Shown: positions 51,966-61,396 of the stretch, one piece after another
Layout of the letters: every line of letters begins with the position of its first letter
How positions within the stretch are numbered: the first letter of the stretch is position 1
NCBI GenBank assembly: GCA_964558505.1
Contig: CAZLEI010000004.1
Span: forward strand, 9,367 to 73,366
Length of the DNA stretch: 64,000 bases
Direction: 5' to 3'
Source: an uncultured Methanomassiliicoccales archaeon
GTDB lineage: Archaea; Thermoplasmatota; Thermoplasmata; Methanomassiliicoccales; Methanomethylophilaceae
The notes under the pieces: model-generated
Databases searched by the model: none
What the model saw: the letters and a program-made list of their open reading frames with translations, nothing else
Told to the model about the DNA's origin: nothing
Translations under genes and position numbers: made by a program

Positions 51966-52040
51966 GCCGCTGTGGCTAAGGGGTATAGCGACGCCTTGGT
52001 AAGGCGTAGGTCGAGGGTTCAATTCCCTCCAGCGGCTCCA
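51966..52040 (+). tRNA. tRNA-Thr (GGT), CCA encoded
   Basis: Acceptor GCCGCUG/CAGCGGC, D-stem GCUA/UAGC, anticodon stem ACGCC/GGCGU with loop UUGGUAA, T-arm GAGGG-UUCAAUU-CCCUC, discriminator U, then CCA. Confidence 0.88.
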
Positions 52041-52273
52041 TTCTCGCCTTCTGGTCGAGCGAACAGCTCGAAAGACTTCAGCGATCTTCGGATACGGTCA
52101 GTCCGTCATCGGTCGGGCCTCGGATTCCCAATCAATTGTTCCAGAGATATGCGCGGAGCATTCATGCTCACAATGTGGGAAACGATCCGCGCCTCGTGCT
52201 CCACGGTGCCGAGACGTGCTTGTGCCCCGCGCCTCGGGATGCCGAGGCCGGGGCGGAGCCTACGGAATCCGGC

Positions 52274-53461
52274 TCAGGACATCCTGTAGAATACCCATCC
52301 GGACCAGATCTTGGGGAAGAAGAAAGTGGTCTTCTTGGGCATGCGCTTCCCGATCATCGAGAGGTCCCAGATAGTCTTGAGGGACGGTTCGTTGAGGACG
52401 ATCGCCAGATCGTGCTCCTTGCGGGCCATCTTCTCCTTGACCGAGGACAGCTCGGCGTCATAGGAGACCTTCGCCTTGTCCTCGTCGGATTTGTAGATGC
52501 CTTTCATGATGATCTCCTGGGCGACATACGTGTCCAGGTTCCACATGGGATCGGCGGCGCCGTCGTATTTCGCGACGAAGCACCTGCCGGACTTGAACAT
52601 GAGCCCCATCATCCAATCCTTCATGCAGGATTCCATCTCCTCCTCGGTGACCTCTTTGACCGACATCTTCTCGGAGATCTTGGCGATGGCGTTCTTCTCG
52701 GAGATCGATTCCGCATCGATCAGGCGGTGGGTCGGCCAGATGACCAGTCCCGGGTCCTTGTCCGCGACCAGCGTCGCCAGGACATATCCCTTCTTCTCGT
52801 CGTCCGGATTCTCCAGGGAGTAGTTCAGGGCGGTCTCGTACCTGTGGTGGCCGTCGGCGATGAGCATCCTCTGGGATGCCAGCTCCTTGGTGACGGCTTC
52901 GCAGATCTCGGGATCCGCGATCCTCAGGTACCTGTGCTCCACGCCGCTGTCGTCCACGTACCTGTAGACGAGTTTGGCGTTGTTCTTGACCTTGAAATCC
53001 AGGTCCTTCGACAGTCCCTCGAATATGCCGAATATCGACTCGAGGTGCGTCTCCATGTCCCTGAGCAGGTTGAGGCGGTCGGCCTTGACCTTGGAGAACG
53101 TCTCCTCGTGAGGTATGATGTGCCCCTCCTCGTACTTCTCGGTCTTCAGTATCCCCACGATGCCGGTCCTGACTTTCTTCGTGCCGGCATCGTCGAATGT
53201 CTGTTCGTAAAGGTAGAATGAATCAGTGTCCTGTTTCAGTGCGCCTTCGGAGATCCAGGAATCCATCTCCTTCCGGGCCCCCGAGTACCTTTTGTCCGCG
53301 TCGGGCAGGAGCGTGAGGCGGGTGACGTTGTGGGGTCTCGACTGCAGGTCTTTCAGGTACGCGTCTCCGATGACGTCGTAAGGGGGTGAGATGCGGTCGC
53401 CTATCTTCTCGCCGTCCTTGAGGGACGGCCTGTATCCGGGGAATGGCAGGAATGTAACCAT
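52274..53461 (-). CDS. DUF1015-family protein
   Basis: N-terminal MVTFLPFPGYRP…PPYDVI pattern typical of DUF1015. Start at M13 fits a TATA-like AAAATTATTATTG about 40 nt upstream. Confidence 0.8.
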   Translation of the reverse strand: MVTFLPFPGYRPSLKDGEKIGDRISPPYDVIGDAYLKDLQSRPHNVTRLTLLPDADKRYSGARKEMDSWISEGALKQDTDSFYLYEQTFDDAGTKKVRTGIVGILKTEKYEEGHIIPHEETFSKVKADRLNLLRDMETHLESIFGIFEGLSKDLDFKVKNNAKLVYRYVDDSGVEHRYLRIADPEICEAVTKELASQRMLIADGHHRYETALNYSLENPDDEKKGYVLATLVADKDPGLVIWPTHRLIDAESISEKNAIAKISEKMSVKEVTEEEMESCMKDWMMGLMFKSGRCFVAKYDGAADPMWNLDTYVAQEIIMKGIYKSDEDKAKVSYDAELSSVKEKMARKEHDLAIVLNEPSLKTIWDLSMIGKRMPKKTTFFFPKIWSGWVFYRMS

Positions 53462-53516
53462 GATGGGGCCTCTTGCAGGGCAATCCCACCATGGCAATAA
53501 TAATTTTCGCAGGGTT

Positions 53517-54563
53517 TCAGCAGATCCTGGGGACAGGGTCGCCTGCGGGGGCTTCCAGTATCCTGCGTCCGCCGACCTCGGTCTTCAAGACTACCCTGTG
53601 GGGGCCGTCGTTGGCGTATCCGATGATGGCGGCGTCCTTCCCTTCGGGAGTGGACCTGAGCGTCCTCACGATCTCCTCGGCCATGTCGGGCACGCAGGCG
53701 ATCATGGCCTTGCCCTCGTTGCCGATGTTCAGCGGGTCGATGCCCAGCAGGTCGCAGGCGTTCACCACGCCATCCCTCAGGGGGATGTCCGCATACTCGA
53801 TCTCCATGCCGACCTTGGATTTGTCGCACCACTCGTTGAGGGTGTTGGCCATGCCTCCGCGGGTCGGGTCCTTCATGCAGGTGATCCCGCCGGTCCTCAG
53901 TGCCTTCTCGATCATCCTGTTGAGGGGGGCGACATCGCTCTGGACCTCGCTCTCGAATCCGTAGCCTTCGCGGAATGACAGGAGCGCCACGCCGTGGTCT
54001 CCCAGGTACCCGGATGCTATGATGGCATCGCCCGGCCTGATGTTGTCGTCGGTGCACCAGCGGGAATCGAACTTGCGGTACGCCTCGACGACCGATATGT
54101 CGTGGTCCAGGTAGTCCGGCCTCTTCCCGATGGCGGATGTGCACATGAACATCTGATCCACGGCGCCGGCCTCGACGACCTTGGTGTCGCCGGTGACGAT
54201 AGGGACGCCGCAGCCTTCAGCGGTCTTGCCGAGGCTTTCCATGACCTTGTCGACGATGTCGATGTCCAAACCCTCTTCGATTATGGCGGAACAGGACAGC
54301 GCGATGGGCCTGGCACCCATGACCGATATGTCGTTGACGGTGCCCGCCACGCAGATCTTGCCGATATCGCCGCCGGGGAAGAAGAGGGGCTTCACAGTGT
54401 GACCGTCGGTCGTGAACACCACATCATCCACCACAGCCGAGTCATCCATGGCGTCCAATGCGACCTCGCTCTGCATCTTGGGGAAATGGCAGGTCACATG
54501 CTTGGACAGGAAATCCTGCATGGTCTCTCCTCCAGCTCCGTGGTTCATCACTACTTTCTGCAT
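53517..54563 (-). CDS. hypE: hydrogenase maturation factor HypE
   Basis: PurM-like fold with the HypE-specific C-terminal …PRIC. Confidence 0.9.
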   Translation of the reverse strand: MQKVVMNHGAGGETMQDFLSKHVTCHFPKMQSEVALDAMDDSAVVDDVVFTTDGHTVKPLFFPGGDIGKICVAGTVNDISVMGARPIALSCSAIIEEGLDIDIVDKVMESLGKTAEGCGVPIVTGDTKVVEAGAVDQMFMCTSAIGKRPDYLDHDISVVEAYRKFDSRWCTDDNIRPGDAIIASGYLGDHGVALLSFREGYGFESEVQSDVAPLNRMIEKALRTGGITCMKDPTRGGMANTLNEWCDKSKVGMEIEYADIPLRDGVVNACDLLGIDPLNIGNEGKAMIACVPDMAEEIVRTLRSTPEGKDAAIIGYANDGPHRVVLKTEVGGRRILEAPAGDPVPRIC

Positions 54564-54770
54564 GATGCACGCGCATTATCTACCGCGCATAAAGACTTTC
54601 ACACGTGCACGGCGCTGCGGCCGCAACGGGCGGTCCGCGGCAGCGGCGAACCCCGGTTCCGGGCGCCGGCCCCGGGCAGTCTCCGACGGACCGGGCATGC
54701 GTTTCCATGCGCCGTTTCGATATCCAGGATGCGCCTGGTTTAATAGAGCGGAGGCATTAGGAGAGATCAA

Positions 54771-54845
54771 GGGCCTGTAGGGTAACTAGGATCATCCTTT
54801 CAGCCTTCGGAGCTGATAATCCGGGTTCAAATCCCGGCGGGCCCA
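54771..54845 (+). tRNA. tRNA-Arg (TCG) (anticodon assignment moderately confident)
   Basis: Acceptor GGGCCUG/CGGGCCC, perfect T-arm CCGGG-UUCAAAU-CCCGG, anticodon stem UCAGC/GCUGA with loop CUUCGGA, discriminator A. The D-arm and position 26 region is 2 nt longer than standard. Confidence 0.7.
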
Positions 54846-54951
54846 CATGATCCCGCCACTCCATCCATGTTATCGGACATCCGCGGGAGAATCCTTTATA
54901 TCTTATTCCGATTCGCCAACTCGGGAATGCGTCGCGTTCCAGGATGAAAAC

Positions 54952-55506
54952 ATGACAGACACGAAGAAGCTCGGGAAGAGAGTCAAGATGTACAGAGAGA
55001 AACTTGGGCTGACCCAGGAGGACCTTGCTGCGAACACCGGACTAACCGTCTCCTACGTGCAGGATGTCGAAACGGGCGAGGTCTACCCCCCGATAGGTAA
55101 CATCATCAAGCTGTCCAGGGCCCTGGGCCAGAGGGTCGGTACCTTCATGGACGACCAGTTCCAGCCAGATCCCATCATCGTCCGCTCGGACGCAAGGGTG
55201 GAGGACACGTCCAAGAAGGGCGCAGAGGGCCATTATCATTATTACCACCTGGGAAGGGGCAAGACGGACAGGCACATGGAGCCCATGTTCATCAGGATAA
55301 TGGAGGATGACGTGAAGAAGATCTCATCCCACGAGGGAGAGGAGTTCATCATCGTCGTATCCGGGAAGATCCTGGTGAAGTACGGCAAGCAGGAATCGGT
55401 GCTGGAGGCGGGGGATTCGGCGTACTACAACTCCGTGGTGCCCCACTACATAGGAGCCATCGACGGCCCCGCTGAGATCTATGCGGTGCTGTATGTCCCG
55501 GATTGA
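54952..55506 (+). CDS. XRE-family HTH + cupin domain transcriptional regulator
   Basis: N-terminal HTH (LGKRVKMYREKLGLTQEDLAANTGLTVSYVQDVE) and C-terminal cupin beta-barrel (…EGEEFIIVVSGKILVKYG…). Confidence 0.8.
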   Translation: MTDTKKLGKRVKMYREKLGLTQEDLAANTGLTVSYVQDVETGEVYPPIGNIIKLSRALGQRVGTFMDDQFQPDPIIVRSDARVEDTSKKGAEGHYHYYHLGRGKTDRHMEPMFIRIMEDDVKKISSHEGEEFIIVVSGKILVKYGKQESVLEAGDSAYYNSVVPHYIGAIDGPAEIYAVLYVPD

Positions 55507-55515
55507 GGCGATATC

Positions 55516-57180
55516 ATGCCGTGCACACCTAGGGAGAACATAACGTCGGACGAGAGGCTCGGCGACCTGCTGGACAAATGCATCAGGAACCATCCGGACA
55601 ACGATGCCATAGTGTACGTTGACAGGGACCTGAGGCTTTCCTGGAGGGAGTGGGGCATCGAGGTCGACCGTGTGGCCAAGGGGATGATGGCCATGGGCAT
55701 CCAGAAGGGCGAGAAGGTCGCCGTGTGGGCGACGAACGTCCCGGATTGGGTGACCATAATGTTCGCGACCGCGAAGATAGGCGCGATCATGCTGACCATC
55801 AATACGAATTACAAATCCAGTGAGCTCGATTACGTGCTCAGGCAGTCCGACATGGAGAACCTGTTCCTCATCAACGGGGTCCGCGACTGCGATTACGTGG
55901 AAACGGTGTACGGACTGGTCCCAGAACTGAGGATCCAGCCCCGCGAATCGTTCCACAGCGACAAGTACCCGCACCTCAAGAGGGTGATATTCCTCGGTCC
56001 GGAGAAGCACCGCGGGATGTACTCCATGAACGAGCTCAAATCGCTCGCCGTGCAGACCGATGATGCGGAATACAAGGCGAGGCAGGACGCAGTGGACGTC
56101 CACGATGTGGTGATGATGCAGTACACCTCGGGCACCACAGGGTTCCCGAAGGGCGTGATGCTCACGCATTTCAACATAGCCAATGACGGGTACTGGCTGG
56201 GAGCGAACATGAACTACTGCTCCGATGACAGGCTGTGCCTCACGGTGCCGCTGTTCCATTGCTTCGGCTGCGTGCTCGGCGTGATGGCCGTCATCAACCA
56301 CGGCGTCACGATGGTCTTCTGCGAGGTCTTCGATCCCGTGAAGGTCATGACGTCCATCGAGGTCGAGAGATGCACATCCGTGTACGGAGTGCCCACGATG
56401 TTCATCGCCATGATGGAGCACAAGCTGTTCAACAAGTTCGATTTCTCTTCCCTGAGGACCGGTATAATGGCCGGATCTCCCTGCCCCATCAAGGCCATGC
56501 AGGACGTGGTCGAGAAGATGAACATGAAGGAGATCACCATAGTCTACGGGCTCACAGAGGCGTCGCCGGGTATGACCCAGACAACATGGGACGAGCCTTC
56601 GCTGGAGAGGAAGTGCTCCACGGTCGGCAAGCACCTCCAGGGCGTGGAGACGGAGATCCTGGACACGGAGACCGGGGAGATATGCCCGACCGGGGTGGTC
56701 GGGGAGTTCTGCTGCCGCGGGTACAACGTCATGAAAGGGTACTACAAGATGCCCGAGGAGACCGCGAAGGTCATCGACAGGAACGGTTGGCTCCATTCCG
56801 GGGACCTGGGCGTCAAGGATGCCGAGGGATACTTCTCGGTCACCGGGAGGATAAAGGACATGATCATCCGCGGAGGGGAGAACATCTACCCCAAGGAGGT
56901 CGAGGATTTCCTCTACCACATGCCCGGAGTGAGCGATGTCCAGGTGGTCGGCGTGCCCAGTGCAAAGTACGGCGAGCAGCCCGGTGCCTTTGTGATCCGG
57001 AAGAAGGGTCACGAGGACATGATCGAGCAGGATGTGCTCGACTACTGCAAGGACAAGATCGCCTGGTACAAGACCCCGAAGTACATCGCGTTCGTGGACG
57101 AGTTCCCGTTGACCGCCAGCGGGAAGATCATGAAGTTCAAGCTCCGCGAGATGGCTCACGAGCGTTGGCCGGATGCCTGA
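55516..57180 (+). CDS. AMP-dependent synthetase/ligase (acyl-CoA synthetase family)
   Basis: AMP-binding signature YTSGTTGFPKGVMLTH, plus conserved …YGLTE… and C-terminal …GKIMKFKLRE… blocks. Confidence 0.88.
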   Translation: MPCTPRENITSDERLGDLLDKCIRNHPDNDAIVYVDRDLRLSWREWGIEVDRVAKGMMAMGIQKGEKVAVWATNVPDWVTIMFATAKIGAIMLTINTNYKSSELDYVLRQSDMENLFLINGVRDCDYVETVYGLVPELRIQPRESFHSDKYPHLKRVIFLGPEKHRGMYSMNELKSLAVQTDDAEYKARQDAVDVHDVVMMQYTSGTTGFPKGVMLTHFNIANDGYWLGANMNYCSDDRLCLTVPLFHCFGCVLGVMAVINHGVTMVFCEVFDPVKVMTSIEVERCTSVYGVPTMFIAMMEHKLFNKFDFSSLRTGIMAGSPCPIKAMQDVVEKMNMKEITIVYGLTEASPGMTQTTWDEPSLERKCSTVGKHLQGVETEILDTETGEICPTGVVGEFCCRGYNVMKGYYKMPEETAKVIDRNGWLHSGDLGVKDAEGYFSVTGRIKDMIIRGGENIYPKEVEDFLYHMPGVSDVQVVGVPSAKYGEQPGAFVIRKKGHEDMIEQDVLDYCKDKIAWYKTPKYIAFVDEFPLTASGKIMKFKLREMAHERWPDA

Positions 57181-57677
57181 TCGGGCAGATCCGCATCGAA
57201 ACCTCTTATTTTCATTTTCATCGGGAGATGCCCGACACGGATCGTGTTAGGGAAATATTGGTCCACGGCCGCGGGGCACGTGGACCGAGGTATCAGAAAT
57301 GAAGAATGCTCAAGCCCAGATGGGGTAAGGGGCCCTGCAGTTTTTACTGCAGGATTATCGCGGTCATCAGTAGAGTCTTGCGAACCACCGTGGAGCGTCA
57401 GGTCGTAGCAGAGGTAAAGCACCAATCGGACACATCTTTCCTTGCCAAGGTCCTGTACTCTGAACAATAGTTCTCGCCGCTTATCTTCATGACTTGCCGT
57501 TTGGAAATTGTAGCTTACCTCCGAATTAGAATCTATGTACTACTATTTATACCTAATTGAATACGATATTCGTAGAAATTCTACTGAAAAATAATGAAAA
57601 CGTAGAAATAATATGATAAAACCCTGCCAATCGAATGCCTGGCCACTCTTTACGAAATCAGTAGCACGAGGTCATCG

Positions 57678-59252
57678 ATGGGAAGCCGTATCAATCCGCG
57701 GCCGTTATCTGTACGCATGAAGCACGATAACAGCGGCCTGAGGTCAGAAGTTCCCGCCTTCCGTGACGCAACGCGCAGATTCTACGCGAAAGAGATCACG
57801 GTCAAAGAATACAAAGGGATTTCCGGAAGGTTCGGAAGTTATGCCCAGAGAGGGGGCGAGCGCAACATGGTCCGCCTTCGTTTCGCGGGCGGAGCGGTAT
57901 CGGCCGACAAGGCGGCCTTCATCGCGGAGTGCATCACGCGTTACGGGATCGACATGGTCCATCTGACGACCTGTCAGGCGGTGCAGCTGCACAACCTCAC
58001 AGGCGAGGCGGCCGCGGACATAGTGGATGCGGCATTCGATCACGGCATCATAACCCTCGGCGGAGGAGGGGACTGTCCACGCAATGTCACCGCCTCGCCG
58101 CTGTCGGGCATCGAGCCCGGCGAGAACTTCGACGTGCTGCCATATGCGGAGATCGCAGAATCATATCTGCTGAGTATCCTCGACAGCATCAAGCTCCCGA
58201 GGAAGCTGAAGGTCGGATTCTCCAACTCTTCCGAGAATACGACACATGTGACATTCAGGGACCTCGGGTTCGCATCCGCTCCCGACGGCACGTTCGACGT
58301 GTACTGCGCCGGCGGTCTGGGGAACAACCCCCTCATGGGCATCCATGTGGCGACCGGCGTCGATCCATCGAAGATGCTCTATCATGTCCGCGCCATGGTG
58401 GATGTCTTCGTCAAGCACGGCAATTACGAGAACCGTTCCAAGGCCAGGACGCGTTACATGCAGGAGTCGATGGGCGAGGACGCCTTGCGTGCGGCATACG
58501 GCGAGGCGGTGGATGCGCTTCTGTCGTCGGGAGGTCTGGACATCTCCGCCGATGACAGATCCGTGCACAAGGCAGGGTGCGGGAAGATACAATCGGACCG
58601 CGTGCATCCTCAGAAACAGGATGGGCTGTACTATGTATCTTACCATCCTCTCGGCGGGGACCCGTCGCCGTCGAGGATGGTCGAGATGGCGGCCTTGGCG
58701 GCGGACATCCCCGAGGCAGGGATCCGCGTATCGACGGACGGGACGATGTACATAATCAATCTCACGGCAGAGGAGGCCGTCCGCGCCCTGGATGTCACGG
58801 ACGATGGTGCCCGGACGCTGTTCGAATCATCCGTGTCGTGCGTGGGTGCAACAATATGCCAGATCGGCCTTCGCGATTCCCGCGGGCTCTTGGACGGACT
58901 CATAGAGATGGAGCGTTCGGAGGGGTTCGCCGACGGTGTCCTGCCCAGGATCAACATATCGGGATGCACTTCCTCCTGCGGGGCGCATCAGATCGGGGTC
59001 ATCGGCCTGAACGGCACCACCAAGCAGATCGGCGGTTCCTCCCATCCGTGCTTCAATCTGCATGTGAACGGGTCGCATCTCCAGGGGGAGGAGCGTTTCG
59101 GGGAGCCCCTCGGCGCATTGGCCGAAGAGGATGTCGCGGAGTTCCTGAGGGATGTTGGGCGGGCGGTCGTGGCGTCGGGCATGATGTACCGCGCATGGTA
59201 CGATGCGGACGGCGGCGAGATAAGGAGGATCGCCGCGAAGTACATCATCTGA
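57678..59252 (+). CDS. nitrite/sulfite reductase family protein (siroheme-[4Fe-4S] type, small form)
   Basis: Two ferredoxin-like half domains and the Cys clusters …SCVGATICQ… and …GCTSSCGAHQ… that ligate the siroheme-[4Fe-4S] centre. Confidence 0.8.
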   Translation: MGSRINPRPLSVRMKHDNSGLRSEVPAFRDATRRFYAKEITVKEYKGISGRFGSYAQRGGERNMVRLRFAGGAVSADKAAFIAECITRYGIDMVHLTTCQAVQLHNLTGEAAADIVDAAFDHGIITLGGGGDCPRNVTASPLSGIEPGENFDVLPYAEIAESYLLSILDSIKLPRKLKVGFSNSSENTTHVTFRDLGFASAPDGTFDVYCAGGLGNNPLMGIHVATGVDPSKMLYHVRAMVDVFVKHGNYENRSKARTRYMQESMGEDALRAAYGEAVDALLSSGGLDISADDRSVHKAGCGKIQSDRVHPQKQDGLYYVSYHPLGGDPSPSRMVEMAALAADIPEAGIRVSTDGTMYIINLTAEEAVRALDVTDDGARTLFESSVSCVGATICQIGLRDSRGLLDGLIEMERSEGFADGVLPRINISGCTSSCGAHQIGVIGLNGTTKQIGGSSHPCFNLHVNGSHLQGEERFGEPLGALAEEDVAEFLRDVGRAVVASGMMYRAWYDADGGEIRRIAAKYII

Positions 59253-59305
59253 TTGAAAACGATGAAACGGTTTGAGCCGGCCCTTACGGGCCGGCGATAC
59301 AGCCA

Positions 59306-60418
59306 TCACTGCAGCTGCTCGGAGCAGAACGGGCAGAACTTAGGGGTCTTCCTGAGTCCGCTGAGGTCCTCTCCGCAGTACGGGCAGACGCTGAACTTCT
59401 TAGGCTCCCCGGTCGCCGACGGTGCCGGTTGAGGTGCCGCCGCGGGGGCGGCCTGCTGGGGCGCCGCGGCGGGCGCCTGCTTGCCGCATTCCTTGCAGAA
59501 CTTGTAAGGATAGTCGTTCACGCCTCCGCAGAACGGGCACATTATCTTCGGATTCTGTGCACTCGCTCCCTGCTGCTGCATCTGCTGCATCCCCTGTGCC
59601 TGCTGCTGCTGGTTAAGCTGCTGGTACATCTGGGGGAACAATAGCATTCCTGTTCCTATCGCGGCCCCTCCCTCCGAATTTCCTATGGCGTCGGCCATGC
59701 GGTCCATGACCTCGTACCTCTTGAACGATTCACCGTTCGCGCTGCTGAACTGCAGGTACTGGAAGACCTTCTCCTGGTCCTCGTCGGTGGTCCTGACCTC
59801 GTTGATCTTCAGCGAGAGGAGCTCGATGCCCCTCTGGGAGAAGTACTGCTCCGTCAGCACCTTGGTGCTGGTGGATGCTTTCTCGAGGTTGTTCAGAACA
59901 TCCATGTAGTACTGCTTGGTGAGTTGCTGGGTTATCTGCTCGTTTATGAACCCCTTCATGAAGGCGTTCACGTCGCCGGTGCTGAAGTTCCCCATCCCGC
60001 CGAGCACCTGCGTGAAGAATACGGGCACATCGTTGACGCGGAACTGGTACTCTCCGTTGGCCATGAGCGTTATCGGCACCTCGTACCCGACCTGGGCCTT
60101 GATCATCCCTCTGATGCCCCATTTCCCGTTGAACATCTTCTGCGAGACGTAGATGATCTCCGCCTTGAACGGCGATTCCTTGTATCCGAGTAGCACGTTG
60201 TACAGCTTGGTGAGCCACGGTATGTTGCTGGTCGTCAGGACGTGCCTGCCGGCCGGGAGCACTCCGAGCATCTGCCCGTCCCTGACGAATATCGCCACGG
60301 CGTGCTCGGGAACGGTGACGGATGTCAGCGTCCTCAGGTCGTCGTGCTCGTATCTGTACACTATGTCGTCCGGGCCCTGGCTTTTCCAGGATATGACATT
60401 CTCTTTGGCCATTCTCAT
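59306..60418 (-). CDS. SPFH/Band-7-like domain protein with Gln-rich linker and two C-terminal zinc ribbons (YdjI-like architecture)
   Basis: N-terminal …VISWKSQGPDDIVYRYEHDDL…AIFVRDGQ…GRHVLTTSNIPWL… matches the SPFH-like (Band_7_1-type) family. A poly-Q stretch (QQLNQQQQAQGMQQMQQQ) follows, then CPFCGG…CKECG and CPYCGE…CPFCSE ribbons. Confidence 0.8.
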   Translation of the reverse strand: MRMAKENVISWKSQGPDDIVYRYEHDDLRTLTSVTVPEHAVAIFVRDGQMLGVLPAGRHVLTTSNIPWLTKLYNVLLGYKESPFKAEIIYVSQKMFNGKWGIRGMIKAQVGYEVPITLMANGEYQFRVNDVPVFFTQVLGGMGNFSTGDVNAFMKGFINEQITQQLTKQYYMDVLNNLEKASTSTKVLTEQYFSQRGIELLSLKINEVRTTDEDQEKVFQYLQFSSANGESFKRYEVMDRMADAIGNSEGGAAIGTGMLLFPQMYQQLNQQQQAQGMQQMQQQGASAQNPKIMCPFCGGVNDYPYKFCKECGKQAPAAAPQQAAPAAAPQPAPSATGEPKKFSVCPYCGEDLSGLRKTPKFCPFCSEQLQ

Positions 60419-60969
60419 TCACTCTCCGTTGTAGCGCCGTCCCCGGCGAAGCCTTTGATGACCTTGTCCCTCTCGGTGAACTCCTCGATGACGGTGTCGA
60501 TCATCCTCTCGAAGTCCCTTATGGGCTTCTTCAGGTCCATGCCGCCGGAATCGATGTAGTCCAGGAGGCCCTGGGCGTCCGTGCGGATCTGCGCCGAGCC
60601 CTCCAGGAGCTTGGCGTCCCATTCGATGACGGCGTCCAGCTCCTTCTCCAGGACCTTCACAGAGGCCCAGATCCCGCTGTACCCGTTGACGGCCTTCCTT
60701 ATGCCCACTGCATACTTGTCGACCTTCGTCCTGATCCTCTCCACGTCCCTCATCAGGTCGACGTCGTTCAGCACGGCGCGCTGGATGGTGGCGAGGTCCG
60801 CCTTCGTTCCCTCCAGGGTGCGGGCGACCTCTTCGCGGACCGCCCTGTCCTCGTCCCTGCGCAGGTTCTTCTCCCTGTATCCCCTGTAGAAGGGGATGTA
60901 CATCGCGACCCTCTCGGTCAGGGAGCGGGTCCCTTTCATCTGGTCGTCCACTGTAGCATCGAATCCCAT
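60415..60969 (-). CDS. hypothetical coiled-coil protein (184 aa)
   Basis: Charged, heptad-like composition throughout and no TM segment. 4-nt overlap with the downstream SPFH gene suggests translational coupling. Confidence 0.55.
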   Translation of the reverse strand: MGFDATVDDQMKGTRSLTERVAMYIPFYRGYREKNLRRDEDRAVREEVARTLEGTKADLATIQRAVLNDVDLMRDVERIRTKVDKYAVGIRKAVNGYSGIWASVKVLEKELDAVIEWDAKLLEGSAQIRTDAQGLLDYIDSGGMDLKKPIRDFERMIDTVIEEFTERDKVIKGFAGDGATTESE

Positions 60970-61359
60970 TCAGTTCAACTCCTTCTTATTCGAAACTCCC
61001 AGGGCGATCGCCAGCATGGCGATGGCCAGGAGTATGACCGCGACGTAGATCCAGACGCTGACGCCCGGTACCGTCGCGGATATTATCGCGCACAATGCTA
61101 TGGCCACCAGCAGCACTCCCCATACGAGGCCGTAGCTGCGGGAGGAAGGTCCGAAACCCTTCTCCTCGCCCGATGCGAACACGGCGCGGACGAGCATGTA
61201 CGCTCCGAATATCAAGACAGCCGTTCCGATGGCCCCGATGACCCCGAACCCGCTGAACAGGAAGTACGAGACTATCCCGACGGCCACTGCCAGAACGAAT
61301 ACGCCGGCCGTTATGGCCAGGTCGCTCCTGGCGTTGATCCTATCCTTGTCGATTGCCAT
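60970..61359 (-). CDS. small integral membrane protein (4 TM, ~129 aa; DUF350-like topology)
   Basis: Four hydrophobic helices. Start chosen at M12 (MAIDKDR…) because a perfect AGGAGG lies 9 nt upstream; the ORF-track start is 61392. Stop abuts the next gene's ATG. Confidence 0.55.
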   Translation of the reverse strand: MAIDKDRINARSDLAITAGVFVLAVAVGIVSYFLFSGFGVIGAIGTAVLIFGAYMLVRAVFASGEEKGFGPSSRSYGLVWGVLLVAIALCAIISATVPGVSVWIYVAVILLAIAMLAIALGVSNKKELN

Positions 61360-61396
61360 AGTTTTTTCCTCCTTTGGTATCAGTATCCTCATTGTA

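Noticed and set aside
55324-57159. 611-aa minus-strand ORF opposite the acyl-CoA synthetase gene
   Set aside because: Antisense to a gene with a clear AMP-binding signature; its translation is Leu/Val/His/Asp-rich without motifs.
57285-57375. C/D-box sRNA on the minus strand (UGAUGA … CUGA)
   Set aside because: The spacing of about 75 nt and an internal strong hairpin are atypical, and no clear C' or D' boxes are present. It is kept only as part of the intergenic-region finding.
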